DNA of 64,000 bases, from contig CM041465.1 of NCBI GenBank assembly GCA_023213395.1, forward strand, positions 146,761,741 through 146,825,740. Reading direction: 5' to 3'. A program made the translations under genes and the position numbers. How positions within the stretch are numbered: position 1 is the first letter of the stretch; each line of letters begins with the position of its first letter. The notes beneath the pieces are model-generated. The model saw nothing but the letters and a program-made list of their open reading frames with translations. It ran no database searches and had not been told where the DNA came from. The stretch is from Cycas panzhihuaensis. Its lineage: Eukaryota > Plantae > Cycadophyta. Below, in pieces: positions 53,501-64,000 of the stretch.

Positions 53501-56500
53501 GATGGGGAAATATACCCAATTATTCAAGGAATTTTGTGATATTTTTGCATGGGATTACTCAGATATGAAGGGTATAGATCCTAGCATTATCACCCATAAT
53601 CTTACCACTATCCTAGGTGCTTACCTCATGTAACAAAAATAATGCTCCTTGCACCTGAAATTATCAACTGTAGTTGAAATAGAAGTAGAAAAATTGCTTG
53701 ACATAGGCCTTATTACTTCCATAGACTACCTTAAATGGATTTCTAACATCGTGCCCATCACCAAAAAGAATAGGATGATTAGGATTTGTGTCAATTTTCG
53801 AGATATTAATAATGCTTCTTCAAAGGACAACTTCCCTCTCCCTTTCATTGATCAAATTATTGATCAAACTGCCGGTTTTAAAGTCATGTCCCTAATTGAT
53901 GACTTCTCTAAATACAACCAAATTCAAATATCCTTTGAAGACCATCATAAGACGGCCTTTACTACTCTATGGGGGATATTTACCTATGAAGTTATGTCCT
54001 TTGGACTGAAGAATGTAGGCGTTACTTACCAAAGGGCCATGTAATTTATATTTCATGACCTTATCAACAAAACTCTTGAGGTTTTTATGGATGATATGAT
54101 AGGTCTCTCATGAAAAAAGGCCAATCATCCCACAGACCTTAGAGCAATCTTTATAAGGTATCATAAATACCATATCAACTTGAACCTGTTGAAATGTATC
54201 TTTGTAGTTATGGTTGGCAAACTTCTAGGGTTCCTTGTTTCTAAACAAGGAATTCAAATAGATCCCAATAAAGTCAAGTCCATCATTGAGATGCCTCCCC
54301 TAAGAACTCAATAATAAATCAAGTTATTCTTGGGAAGGTTAGGGTTCCTAAGATGTTTCTTAGCGAACTTGACCATGAATGCCAAACCCCTAACCAATTT
54401 ATTAAAGAAGTGGGCTCCATTTGTTTGGACTCTTAAGGCCCAAGAAGTATTTTAAAAGCTCAAGTGAGCCCTTATTTTTGCTCTTGTATTAGTTCCCCCT
54501 CTCTTTGATTGTCCCTTCATCTTATACACCTCAATGACTAACAAATCCTTAGATGCCATGCTAGCCTAGGAAGATGACTCTAAAATTGAAAGAGCTATCT
54601 ACTTCATTAGTTATACATTGGTGGTAGTAGAACTAAATTATCTACTAGTTGAAAAGGAGTACTTGGCACTAGTCCACACCACTAAAAATTTAGGCACTAC
54701 CTCCTTGGTAACACTACCTTTGTGATCATCCAATCTAATCCATTGAGATGCATCCTAACCTAGTCAAACTTGATAAGAAAGGCAGGCAAATAGGTTATTC
54801 TCCTTTAAGAATATGATCTTAAAATCATTAACAGAAAATCTAAGAAGGGGATGATAGTTGTAGAACAATTGGAAGACACTCTCATCTCTAATTCTCTTAG
54901 GGTTTTGGTTAACAATTCATTACCTGATGAACCCATCTTAGCTCTCCATCATATACATTCCTATCCATTGGTTAGCAACAAATGGTATGGGGATATAATC
55001 AAATATCTCACTTAACAATAGTATCCCACTGATGCTAGTGATAAAGTAAAATCATATGTCGGGGCTTTTGCTCAAAAATACTTCCTCATGTAAGATGTAT
55101 TGTACAAATGGTCTTTTGACGATGTTCTCCTTCATTGTGTTAATCCTGAGGAGATCAACTAGATCCTCCATGAATACCATAACAACATTTATGGAGACCA
55201 TTTTAGAGGCTAGTTAGTGGCCCAAAGAATCCTTCAAGTGGGGTATTATTGGCCAACCTTGTTCAATGATACCCATGTTTATGTGCAATCTTGTGGTAGA
55301 TGCCAAGAGCATGCCAACATTATTCACCAGCCTTCTAAGTTATTATATACTATCATGTCTCTATGGCCTTTCTCCTAGTGGGGATTAGATTTGATTGGAG
55401 CTATCACTCCACCCTCCTCAGCTTAGCATAAATTTATCTTAACCACAATAAAATACTTCACTAAATGGGCAGAGGCTATTCCCTTATCCTCTACAACTAG
55501 CAAGATGATCGTCACTTTCGTGTATCAACACATCATTTACCAATTCGGGGTTCTAGACTTCCTTATCATAGATAATGGAACTCTATTTTCTAAAAAGGAA
55601 ATGGATGAAATTTGTGAGAAATTCAAGATCTCTCACAAGACCTTATCTCCTTATTATCCTTAGGCCAATGTCCAAATCGAATACTTTAATAAAACCCTAA
55701 TCAACATTCTAAAAAAAATCATTGCTCAATCCCAAAAGGATTGGACATCCAGCTCCACTCGATTTTATGGGCTTACCAAACTTCAATCTGCACCACCATA
55801 GGAATGATGCCATTCTCCCTAGTTTATGAGACGAAGGTAGTTTTGCCTTTAGAAGTCAAAATTCCTTCTTTGAGGGTATCCCTCAAAGAGGTTGTTGATG
55901 AGGAGTGGCATTGCCAGGCCCACCTCCTTGATCTCAAAGCTTTGGATGAGAAACACTTGGCCACATACCAAGCCAACCTAGCATCCAAGGCTAGGGCACA
56001 AAGGATACATAATAAGTTTCTATGTCCTCGCCCCTTAAATCCCAAGGGCCAAGTCCTCAAATTAGAGTATATATATAGCTACTTATCTAAATTTGGCCCC
56101 AAATATGTGGGTCCTTTTATCATCCTTAAGAACCTTGATAATGACACATATAGAGTAGCCATGTTGGAGGGCCTTGAGTTTGACAACGCCATAAATGATA
56201 AATTCCTAAAGAAATTCAATGGTTAACTCTTTCTCCATCTAGGTAGAAAAGGAGTTATCCCCTTTTGCTATGAGATGAGCCTGAACTACCATTCAATTGT
56301 GACGTCGAATACCCTCACTAGGGGCATGGCATGCATTCAAGCTTTATATTAGCCCTACTCATTGACAGGATTAGCTATGTCCCTTTCTGAAGGCATCATA
56401 CCTTCCTTTAACAAGTGGAGCCCCTTCTTCAATTCATGAGTAGTGGTGGATATATCACCATAGGGAGATATTCCCATGCCCATGATTGATCTTTTCTTGA

Positions 56501-57099
56501 TCTAGAGCCATGAGTTGGATCAAGCCCCGTAGGAGGTAACTTTACTCACCTATGAGTGTAAGTACTGCCTAGAGAGGGCAGTCATTAATAGAGCTTGTCT
56601 TCTTTCTTGAGACTCTTAGGGTATCCATACTCATTTGGTCTTTTCTCTTCCTAGATTGTCATCTTCCTTTCAAGGGGTGTGCGGTCCTCATACCTAGGCA
56701 TCGTATGAAATTACCTAGTTAGCTAGGTGATTATGTATGCCTTGTGTGCTCCAAGCTATAAATAAGAAATATAACATAACAAAAATCTATACACATCCAT
56801 CATATATATGTGGGTCCTTACATCCATAATAATCAAATAAATAAATAACTCATATTAAAAGGGGGCGGGTGCCAATTTGGTCCCAATCTCTATATATACA
56901 ATAATCAAGTGATAGTTTAAAGTGTGTTGGTATAATGCACCCTAGGAAGCTAGAATCCTTGCAAGAAGGTATGTAGACATCTACATGTATAATGTAGAAC
57001 CCCTTCGAGGTCTAAAGCTTTCCTCTAATCAAAATTGCATGATACATAAAACCTTGTATAGTAATCTATGAAATCAAGGGGTATTTCCCTCTAGTCACC

Positions 57100-59082
57100 C
57101 TGCTTCCTAGTCTAAAGACCATACTCCTTCGAGGCTCCTCTTGGATCATCTCAAGGTCTTGACCTTGCTCACCTTATCTCATGCATGACCCTCATCCCTT
57201 GGCCTCTTGTGGGGTGGTGTCACTGTAGCTATGCAAAGAGACCGAGATGCCATCTAGTCTACAAGCTAGTCATACTACACCTAGAGGCAATCTCGCTCCT
57301 CTTAGACTGCCTTTAGCTAGGTCTTTAGGACCATAATCCTTATCTCTACTCTTAGAGCTCCCTAGACCACTCTATCCCCTACTTGAGTCTCCATATCTTA
57401 CACCTAATCTTGTAGCTAGTCCCTCTCTATTTGTAACCAATCTCTCTCTATTTATAGGCAAGCATCCCTTGTTTACCTCTCTTGGGCTTCTGTAACCCAT
57501 ATGTCTTGTACATAGACGATGGGAGCTAACGTGGTTTTATGTGGTCATGTTGACCTTAGCTCCCTACTATCTATTATAGGAGGATGCCCCTCCTCATATA
57601 CCCATGGGAATAGCTCCACTATGGCCCTACTAATCAGCTCTCTAGTAATACCTCCTCTTGCTAACCATGTAAATCCATGTGTAGTGTGGGGTGTGTGAAT
57701 AAAAATTTAAAATAATAAATAATGATAATATCATAATTCTCTCAAGAAGATGAATGTAAGTTAAAGGTATAACTAAAAAGGGGAAGTACTCACCTCCTCA
57801 ATCAACTGGTGCCTCTTGAGCCTCTCCCTCCTCAGCTCCTAAGTTCTCTGCCCCTATAATGACTACAACTATCTCTCCTATCGTAGCTAATATCACATCC
57901 ACCTTTAAGATAATAGGTACCTCACCCTCACTAACATCCTCTCTCAACTTCACTACCAAGTCCCCTATAGTCTCTCCATCCTCCGTATTGCTATCCCAGT
58001 GCATGGTGTAATATAGTCAACTCATATAGTTATCTATCGTGAGCATGTCTAATGTTGTGGTTGCAATTGATCTTCTCACTGGCTCTTCTACACTCCTAAA
58101 TCCTGATGGCCATTGATGGAGGAGAGGATTGCTAGATGATATTGGTTGTGGCCCTACTACTGGTCCTACTCCTTGGAAGTGATAAAAAAACCAATATTAT
58201 AACTGTTGGAGTATCCTGTCAGACCCTCGGGTGTTTCCAACTCATCCTTAATAAGCTATGTAGGTGTCCTCAACCTGGGTCGAGCCTAACATATTTGTGG
58301 GTTGTGGCAGGATCAATTCCACCTAGGTATTTTGGTTTAACGACAACTTCAACATGGTATGAGAGCTAAGGCCAGTATTCGAATCACCTCGAGTTCAGCT
58401 TAGGGGTAGGTGTTAGAGTATCCCGTCGGACCCTCGGGTATTTCCAACTCGTCCTTAACCAGCTCCATGGGTGTCCTCGACCTGGGTTGAGCCTGGCATG
58501 TTTATGGGTTGTGGCTGGATCAATTCCATCTGGGTCTTTTGGTTTAATGGCAACTTCAACAATAACAAGGAGCAGTAAGAGAGTCTTCCACGTTCATTAG
58601 CTTGAATGTGGTCGAGTTAGGCAGTAAGGTTGGCCACTATTAAAGTGGCCCAATTGAATCTCTATCCCACCTCGCACCTCCTCATGATGTCCATCCACCC
58701 TCTAGGGACATCTCTATAGTTCTATTTTTGAGATATCTAGAACATAATAGAAAAATTAATCATCTTCCTTACTCAAGGAATGTTTACTAGTACAATCGTC
58801 TTAAGGGATAGTCCTCTCCTATCCTAGCAGCCCCTACCATAAAAGAATCGGGCCGCCTTCTTATGTGTCACATTGGTGTTGGGTAAAGTCCTCAATATGG
58901 TTAGTCCTCTACTAGTTAGGACCCCCACAATACTTCGTACATCTATTAGGGTAATGGTGACGCCTCCCACTCATAGGAGATGGAAAACATGTCAACAACA
59001 ATCCCAATGTGATATAATATCTATGATAAGGGCCTAATCTCAAGTGTACTACCATAAGCCGATAATCCATTGAAACACTCTC
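57100..59082 (-). pseudogene. Antisense Plant Mobile Domain (MAIN/MAIL-like) gene of the old Tat element
   Basis: DIISHWDCC*HVFHLL*VGGVTITLIDVRSIVGV; RFNWATLIVANL; CSLLLL*YWFFYHF (rejoined across the TRIM); acidic segment; GTGAGT donor at 57793; coiled-coil IERDWLQIERD. Confidence 0.8.
58204..58561 (+). mobile_element. TRIM (terminal-repeat retrotransposon in miniature), 358 bp
   Basis: 151-bp LTRs 58204-58354 and 58411-58561; PBS TGGTATGAGAGC 58355-58366; PPT AGGGGTAGG 58402-58410; perfect TSD ATAAC. Confidence 0.96.
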
Positions 59083-61941
59083 TGCGGGGCGGTGATCCAA
59101 CGCCTAGCGGAAAGGGCATAAAATAATATGCTAAGTAAGCTAGATAGCGAGGATCATACCTCGCAGGACGTCCGTCTTGGAGCGCTGCACGGATCGCAAG
59201 GTGCCTGGTTGCTTCCAGGTAGCCATGCAAAGACGAGGCCTTCCTACCCTTCGGATGGCCGGGAAGGAAAGGGAAACCTCGCGCGTTGCGGCTTCTCAAG
59301 GCAATGAGAAGGCGACGAGGGGGGCAACCAACCTAATGTGTAACGGATGTGAAGTAAAGTGTGGCTAAGGGGTATAACATAAACAGGTCTTCTATTCCTA
59401 TGCTATGCAAAGTAAAGAAATAGCGCGAGGAAGTAAATGTGAAATAAAAGATTGTTTTCCTTTTTCTTTATGTTTCCTTATCTATCACGGTAAATGTAAA
59501 GAGACGGAAAAAAGCGTAAAGGAAATACGACAGAAATGCGAAGAATACATGGATCCGGCGTTCGAGTAGAAGCACCGATTCCCCCTCTAGGTTGCGCTCC
59601 TTTCCTCCTTCCTCCGTGCATGCGACGTCGATCGATAGTGATGAAGGGGGTTTATTTACCTCCCCTTGAGCATGCAAGAACTAGGTAAAATGAAAGGAAG
59701 AAAAGCAGAACTCAAAACAAAAGGGGAGAAATATTGTGCGAGAGTCGACCAGCAATGGGTTGATCTCGCGCACCACTTCCTCCAATGCGATCCTGCGAAC
59801 AAACAGAGAGAATGCCTTCCTCTCAGGAGAGAGGCTACGAAGCACGACAAGGTATATATATATATGGAAACGAAATCAACTAAGCTAAATAACTTGAGTT
59901 ATGCACCAAAACGTAGCAAAAATGAAACAAAGCCGCATGATAAGCATATAAACTGTCATGCACCATAAAGCATACTATATGGGACTGAGTATAGCCTCGG
60001 GATGGCTAACTCACCCATGAGAGGTCTCCACGGGGTTCGGGAAAGCAATGCTAGCAGGCAACAAGGTGAGACAGGTAGTGGCAGGTTACCTACACCAAGA
60101 GGAAGGCTCAAACCAACTCTCTTAGGCTTCCCTAGCTCTGTTTCCTAAGAAAGCGCGGGTGGTAAAGGGAGAGAGGACAAGGGACGGAACCCTTGGGGAG
60201 AAGGACAGCAATGGGGGACGGAACCCCGCCTATCTCCCTCAAATCCTCGTGTGAAACCCTTTATACCGGCTAACTCAAAAAAGGGCGAAAGAGAAAGCTA
60301 AGAGGGAGAGGATGAGTCTTAAGGAAATGTAAGAAAATGTACCCAATCTAGGATAGCGCTATAGCAAGCTACAACTAGCTAAGATTACTTTCATTGAATG
60401 ACAAAGGAAATATCAAAGAAAGTGCATGCAAAAAGGGGAAAAGAGCTTGCAAGTAGAACAATAAAAAGCAAGGAAAAAAGCACCAACAAGAGACAAGAAA
60501 TACCTTGAATGAGAAAGAGCATGTATGCATGCACTTGGCTACTTGGAGCAGCAGCAACAAGCAATGTCTAAGGGCTGGTTTTGAGTGTCTTTTGTAAGAG
60601 AATGGAAGGAGGAAGCTCCATGCAAGTTAGGAGCTAGAAGTTGTCCTTTGGAGTAGTCTCTCTAGTGAAGAAATCCCTTGGAGCTTTGAGTATTTGTGAG
60701 GGAGAGTGGAACTTACGGTGGAGAACCGTAGGGGGCAGCAATGGCCCTGCAACTCTAGTTGGTAGCAGCCCACTTCACCTCTGTTCAACTGCTGTACATG
60801 AAGTTCTTCTATTACTGTATCTTTTCCTTGTCTTTTTGTGAAGAGTTGCTCTTAGAAATCTTGAAAAGTGAGCTCTAGAATGATGCAAATGAGAAGAAAA
60901 AAGGCCTTTATGCCTTAGGCATAGTAAGTGAACGTTGGGGGCATTGGGGCACCTCCAATCGTATGGAGCCACGCGGTAGTTCTGCGAAAAAAACGTGGAC
61001 ACTGTCGTGTGGTTCTTTTTTTTAAATTTCGAACAGTCGTACCGCGGCGAACTCGGTACCGCTACAAACTCCGCGGTACCGCCTAGTTTACCGCGGTATC
61101 AACCCGAAATTTAAAAAAAGAGAAAAACATAACATAAAAATCAGGTTTTTGGGGCAAGGTCAAAGGCTAAGCTTGAAATACATCAATTGGGAGAAGGCCT
61201 AGGCAGTGGGCAAGTACCCAAAACGATGCAAAGAGTCCTAACTAAGGATTAAATCGAACTTAGAAAGGATGGCAACGCAAACGACATGTTGCAGCATGAG
61301 CAAGCAAACTGGCAGAAACGATCCCGGGAAACTGTGGAGACACCATGGGTGGCTGTACGCCATACGGGGCGTAACATTCGCTGAGGAATGCCCCCGCTGT
61401 GAGTCGTCATAGGCTGAGGGGTGCCGTTAGGCACATGCATTATGAGCAGCAACAAACAATGATGCAGGTATATGTCAATCAAACTATTCTAAATTACCTT
61501 AATTAATCATGGGTAAGAAAAGTAAGAACATATACCTGAACAAACCTGTGTCGATGCGTCTCGAGTCCATTCCCAATAGCTGGGAAACACGCCTCGCAAG
61601 AGAGCCTCACTGCTCGGAAGCGTAATGTGATGGCGAATGCTGACAATCAAGAAATATAAGTAGCACATACATATATATATAAAACAATAAAGAGCGGCAC
61701 GTGGACCAAGGGCATAGGCAAGTGTCGTGGCGGAACGCGTAGACAAGGGAGACGGAAACGAGGGCAACGTAGGGGCTGCCTACGCGTCCTCTAATCATTG
61801 ACCTGAAACTGAAATAAGTAGTAACACGAGATGCCCCCGTTGCCAAGGTGCAACGTGAAGTGAGAGGGCATCCAACAAAGTAGAGCAAGCACATCTAACT
61901 AACAGCATTGGAGGTTTGGGCACGGGCCAGCCGGGCAAGTC

Positions 61942-62360
61942 TCAAGGGCGGTCGTCAAGAAGAGGGAGGCGACGCTCAAGGATGAGGCGGACGAGGCTGT
62001 CGGCCTCAGCATTGAGGTGCCTCGGAATATGCTGGATATCCACTGACGAGAAACAAGCCAGGAGAGACCTGGCAGCAGACGCAAGGGTTCTCAAGTGAGG
62101 GCATCGCACCTGGTAAACCTAGGTGAGATGGGACACCACGACCTGAGAATCGCAAAACAACACAATGGAACCGCGATGGAAACGAAGAGCATCAGTAAGG
62201 GCCTCAATAACGGCCATGTACTCGGCTTCGTTATTGGTAGCCTCGGGAAGAAAGACTCCGGAACGTAAGTAGTCATGTCCAGAGGGACTACGAAGAATCC
62301 ACGCAATGGAAGGTCCGGTTGCTGGTGACTTCCACCATCGGTGAAAACGAGGAGAGACAT
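61942..62360 (-). pseudogene. Stand-alone archaeal-type RNase HI (aRH); one frameshift, one stop
   Basis: MSLLVFTDGGS/ATGPSIAWILRSPSG..ATNNEAEYMAVIEALTDA..LFCDSQVVVSHLT*VYQVRCPHL..IQHIPRHLNAEADSL; all four catalytic acidic residues present. Confidence 0.92.
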
Positions 62361-63384
62361 GGTCGGGTACTAGGCTCTGGAAGTGAACAAATAGTGATGC
62401 AAGCAAAAACAAAGACTCGAATAGCAAGCGTGAAGTGGGCCAAGAAGGGTAGGAGGACCTAGCAATGAGGTTACCTGAGAACGAGAGCAAGCAATCAGGG
62501 CACTGACTGGGAGTAGGCGGAGAGAAGGCACCCTGAAGTCCCCAAAAGTTGCTTCGGGAAGCAAAACATGCCCTCAGACGGGGGAGCATTTCCTTTGGGT
62601 GGCCCTAGGGGCGAAAAAGCGCTGCGAAAAAGAGTCCGGGGTGACGAATCGAGCCAAACGAGTATAAACTCGGGCATACACGGGAGTAGCGCACAAAACG
62701 ATGAGAAAGGGCCCTGCCAAAAGTGCGAACATGAGGCGCCATAAATGCCCTCGCAAGAGGATGCAAGAAGGGCATCCATGGAGCACAATAGGCGGCAGGG
62801 CCAGAAGGCAAAGGTTATCAGCGTGATGAGATGGTCCCAACAACTGTCACGAGGCCAAAAACGGAAGTAGTGCCCGCCGGGGCCCCTGCCTATATAAGGA
62901 AAACGAATGAAAATCGGATTCATTTTCACCGGCTCTCGTGTGAAACCAGAGCTTTTTCCTTACAACGCGGAGCGTTACTCGATTTCAGAGGCACGCCGAA
63001 GACGATCTGACCGTCAGATTTGCGCGAGGAGATAGTCATCACGATCGCGGGGACACTATGGCGACCGTCCGGCCAGATCCAGTGAGTGGATCTAACGAAA
63101 CCTTTGTCATTTCAAAATTTAAAAGTTAATTACTTTTTAATTAATTTTTAATACTTTTTATGCCCCTTATGGGCGATTAGAGACCTCTCGGAGTCCGAAT
63201 CGACCTGAGAAGAGGCAGGACCCGCATTAGCACTGTCCCGGTGGCCCCACATGGGGTCCACCATAAAATTTCGATTTTCCAGCCAAAACCCCTTTTAGGG
63301 GTTGTTGGCATCGCGCCAAGATCACCAAGACCGTGATTTTGGCCACGGGATCACAGGAGGGAAAAAGAGCACCACGGGGCCCAT

Positions 63385-63414
63385 TCCAAATTTAGCGGTA
63401 CCGCTAAATTTGGA
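63385..63414. repeat. Perfect 30-bp palindrome
   Basis: TCCAAATTTAGCGGT|ACCGCTAAATTTGGA. Confidence 0.95.
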
Positions 63415-63510
63415 GCGGTATGCAGGCAGAAAATTAGAAAAATAAGAAAAGGGGGCCCAAACAGCCCTCAAAACCAGAAAAGAAAACCAACAAGACGGCT
63501 ATGAGCCTAG

Positions 63511-64000
63511 ATGACTGCTAGGAGACTAACTCGATCGACTTTTGTCGATTGCAGTGCTATCGCGGTGGATAACTGCGAGAACGTCGGCATGCCCATCCTG
63601 AGTTACCTGGAGATGTCGACGGAGGCAGACAGGGTGATCTTGAAGAGATGCGGCCTGTACAAGGCCTTGAAGACCCCCCAGTTCGCATCAGATCAGCGGC
63701 TCCTAGTGGACATAGTGTCGCATTGGGACAGGAGGAGGCACGTGTTTCACTTGCCTCAGATAGGAGATATCACCATTGCCCCGGAGGATGTTAGACGGAT
63801 CCTAGGGGTGCCAGCGACAGGGAGACCCGTGAGACTGAGGAGGTTGCCTAAGATCGAGGCAAAGACACCGGAGGTGGCCTGGGCCTCACGGGAGACAGTG
63901 GCAGAGGGGAGCTCCCCTTCAAACAGTACTCATGTCAGGGATTCCTCGGGCGAGGAAGCTCATTTTGCTATGCATTCTGTTCTGGATCTCTCGGAGACAG
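63511..64000 (+). CDS. Plant Mobile Domain protein of the young Tat element (partial; probable frameshift ~63860-63900)
   Basis: Open to the window edge: RCGLYKALKTP..DQRLLVDIVSHWDRRRHVFHLPQIGDITIAPEDVRRILGVPATGRPV; a shifted frame GIPRARKLILLCILFWISR matches the old copy. Confidence 0.85.
   Translation, partial: MTARRLTRSTFVDCSAIAVDNCENVGMPILSYLEMSTEADRVILKRCGLYKALKTPQFASDQRLLVDIVSHWDRRRHVFHLPQIGDITIAPEDVRRILGVPATGRPVRLRRLPKIEAKTPEVAWASRETVAEGSSPSNSTHVRDSSGEEAHFAMHSVLDLSET

Larger units (their letters stand above)
42400..59082 (+). mobile_element. Old Ty3/gypsy Tat-lineage element (5' LTR unresolved, 3' end beyond window)
   Basis: gag FEVPKFD..GDALKWFYHLP (43690-44047) rejoins TLPKEL/KRDIFVNALHPE at 51054; protease RIVMDNGS..YNLLLGRPWL 52240-52480; RT 53649-54300 (WISNIVPITKK, KDNFPLPFIDQ, FMDD); RH to ~54870; integrase 54980-56226; antisense PMD gene downstream. 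Confidence 0.9.
59083..64000 (-). mobile_element. Young Tat (TatIII-like) element, 3' part; continues beyond window
   Basis: Abrupt switch to CpG-rich DNA at TGCGGGGCGG (59083), cutting the old PMD frame; 3' LTR tentatively 59083-61376 (minus start TGTTACGCCCC); Ogre/Tat-like GGCTGCCTACG ~61775; aRNase H and PMD genes. Confidence 0.8.

Noticed and set aside
59177-61894. Numerous 60-100 aa ORFs in the young Tat LTR and 3' UTR
   Set aside because: Overlapping on both strands, no motifs; expected in GC-rich non-coding DNA.
62119-62589. 156-aa ORF as an intact gene
   Set aside because: Only its C-terminal part is RNase H; the true N-terminus (FTDGGS) is in another frame and the domain continues past the TAG.

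Overview
Plant nuclear DNA, most likely a gymnosperm (inferred from TatIII-type and conifer-like CRM/Copia proteins and heavy C->T decay). One intact host gene is present: an intronless EXORDIUM/PHI-1 family gene (29523-30524, minus) in a CpG-retaining island. Almost everything else is nested LTR retrotransposons, most resolved with LTRs, PBS, PPT and 5-bp TSDs. Left nest: a CRM chromovirus split by two Copia elements, one holding a gag-only element. Middle nest: two gag-only Ty3 elements and a solo LTR. Right nest: an old Tat element hit by a Copia, a 358-bp TRIM and a young related Tat; a second solo LTR lies just upstream. Two highlights. (1) The Copia at 44048-51048 carries captured host-gene fragments antisense in its 5' leader, including about 127 codons homologous to the F-box/WD40-like regulator STERILE APETALA. 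(2) The young Tat carries a divergent accessory cassette of a stand-alone archaeal-type RNase H and an antisense Plant Mobile Domain gene; a GCGGTACCGC motif recurs in its LTR and as a perfect 30-bp palindrome upstream of the PMD gene. All homology calls come from manual translation and recalled family motifs; no database search was run and identities are by-eye estimates.
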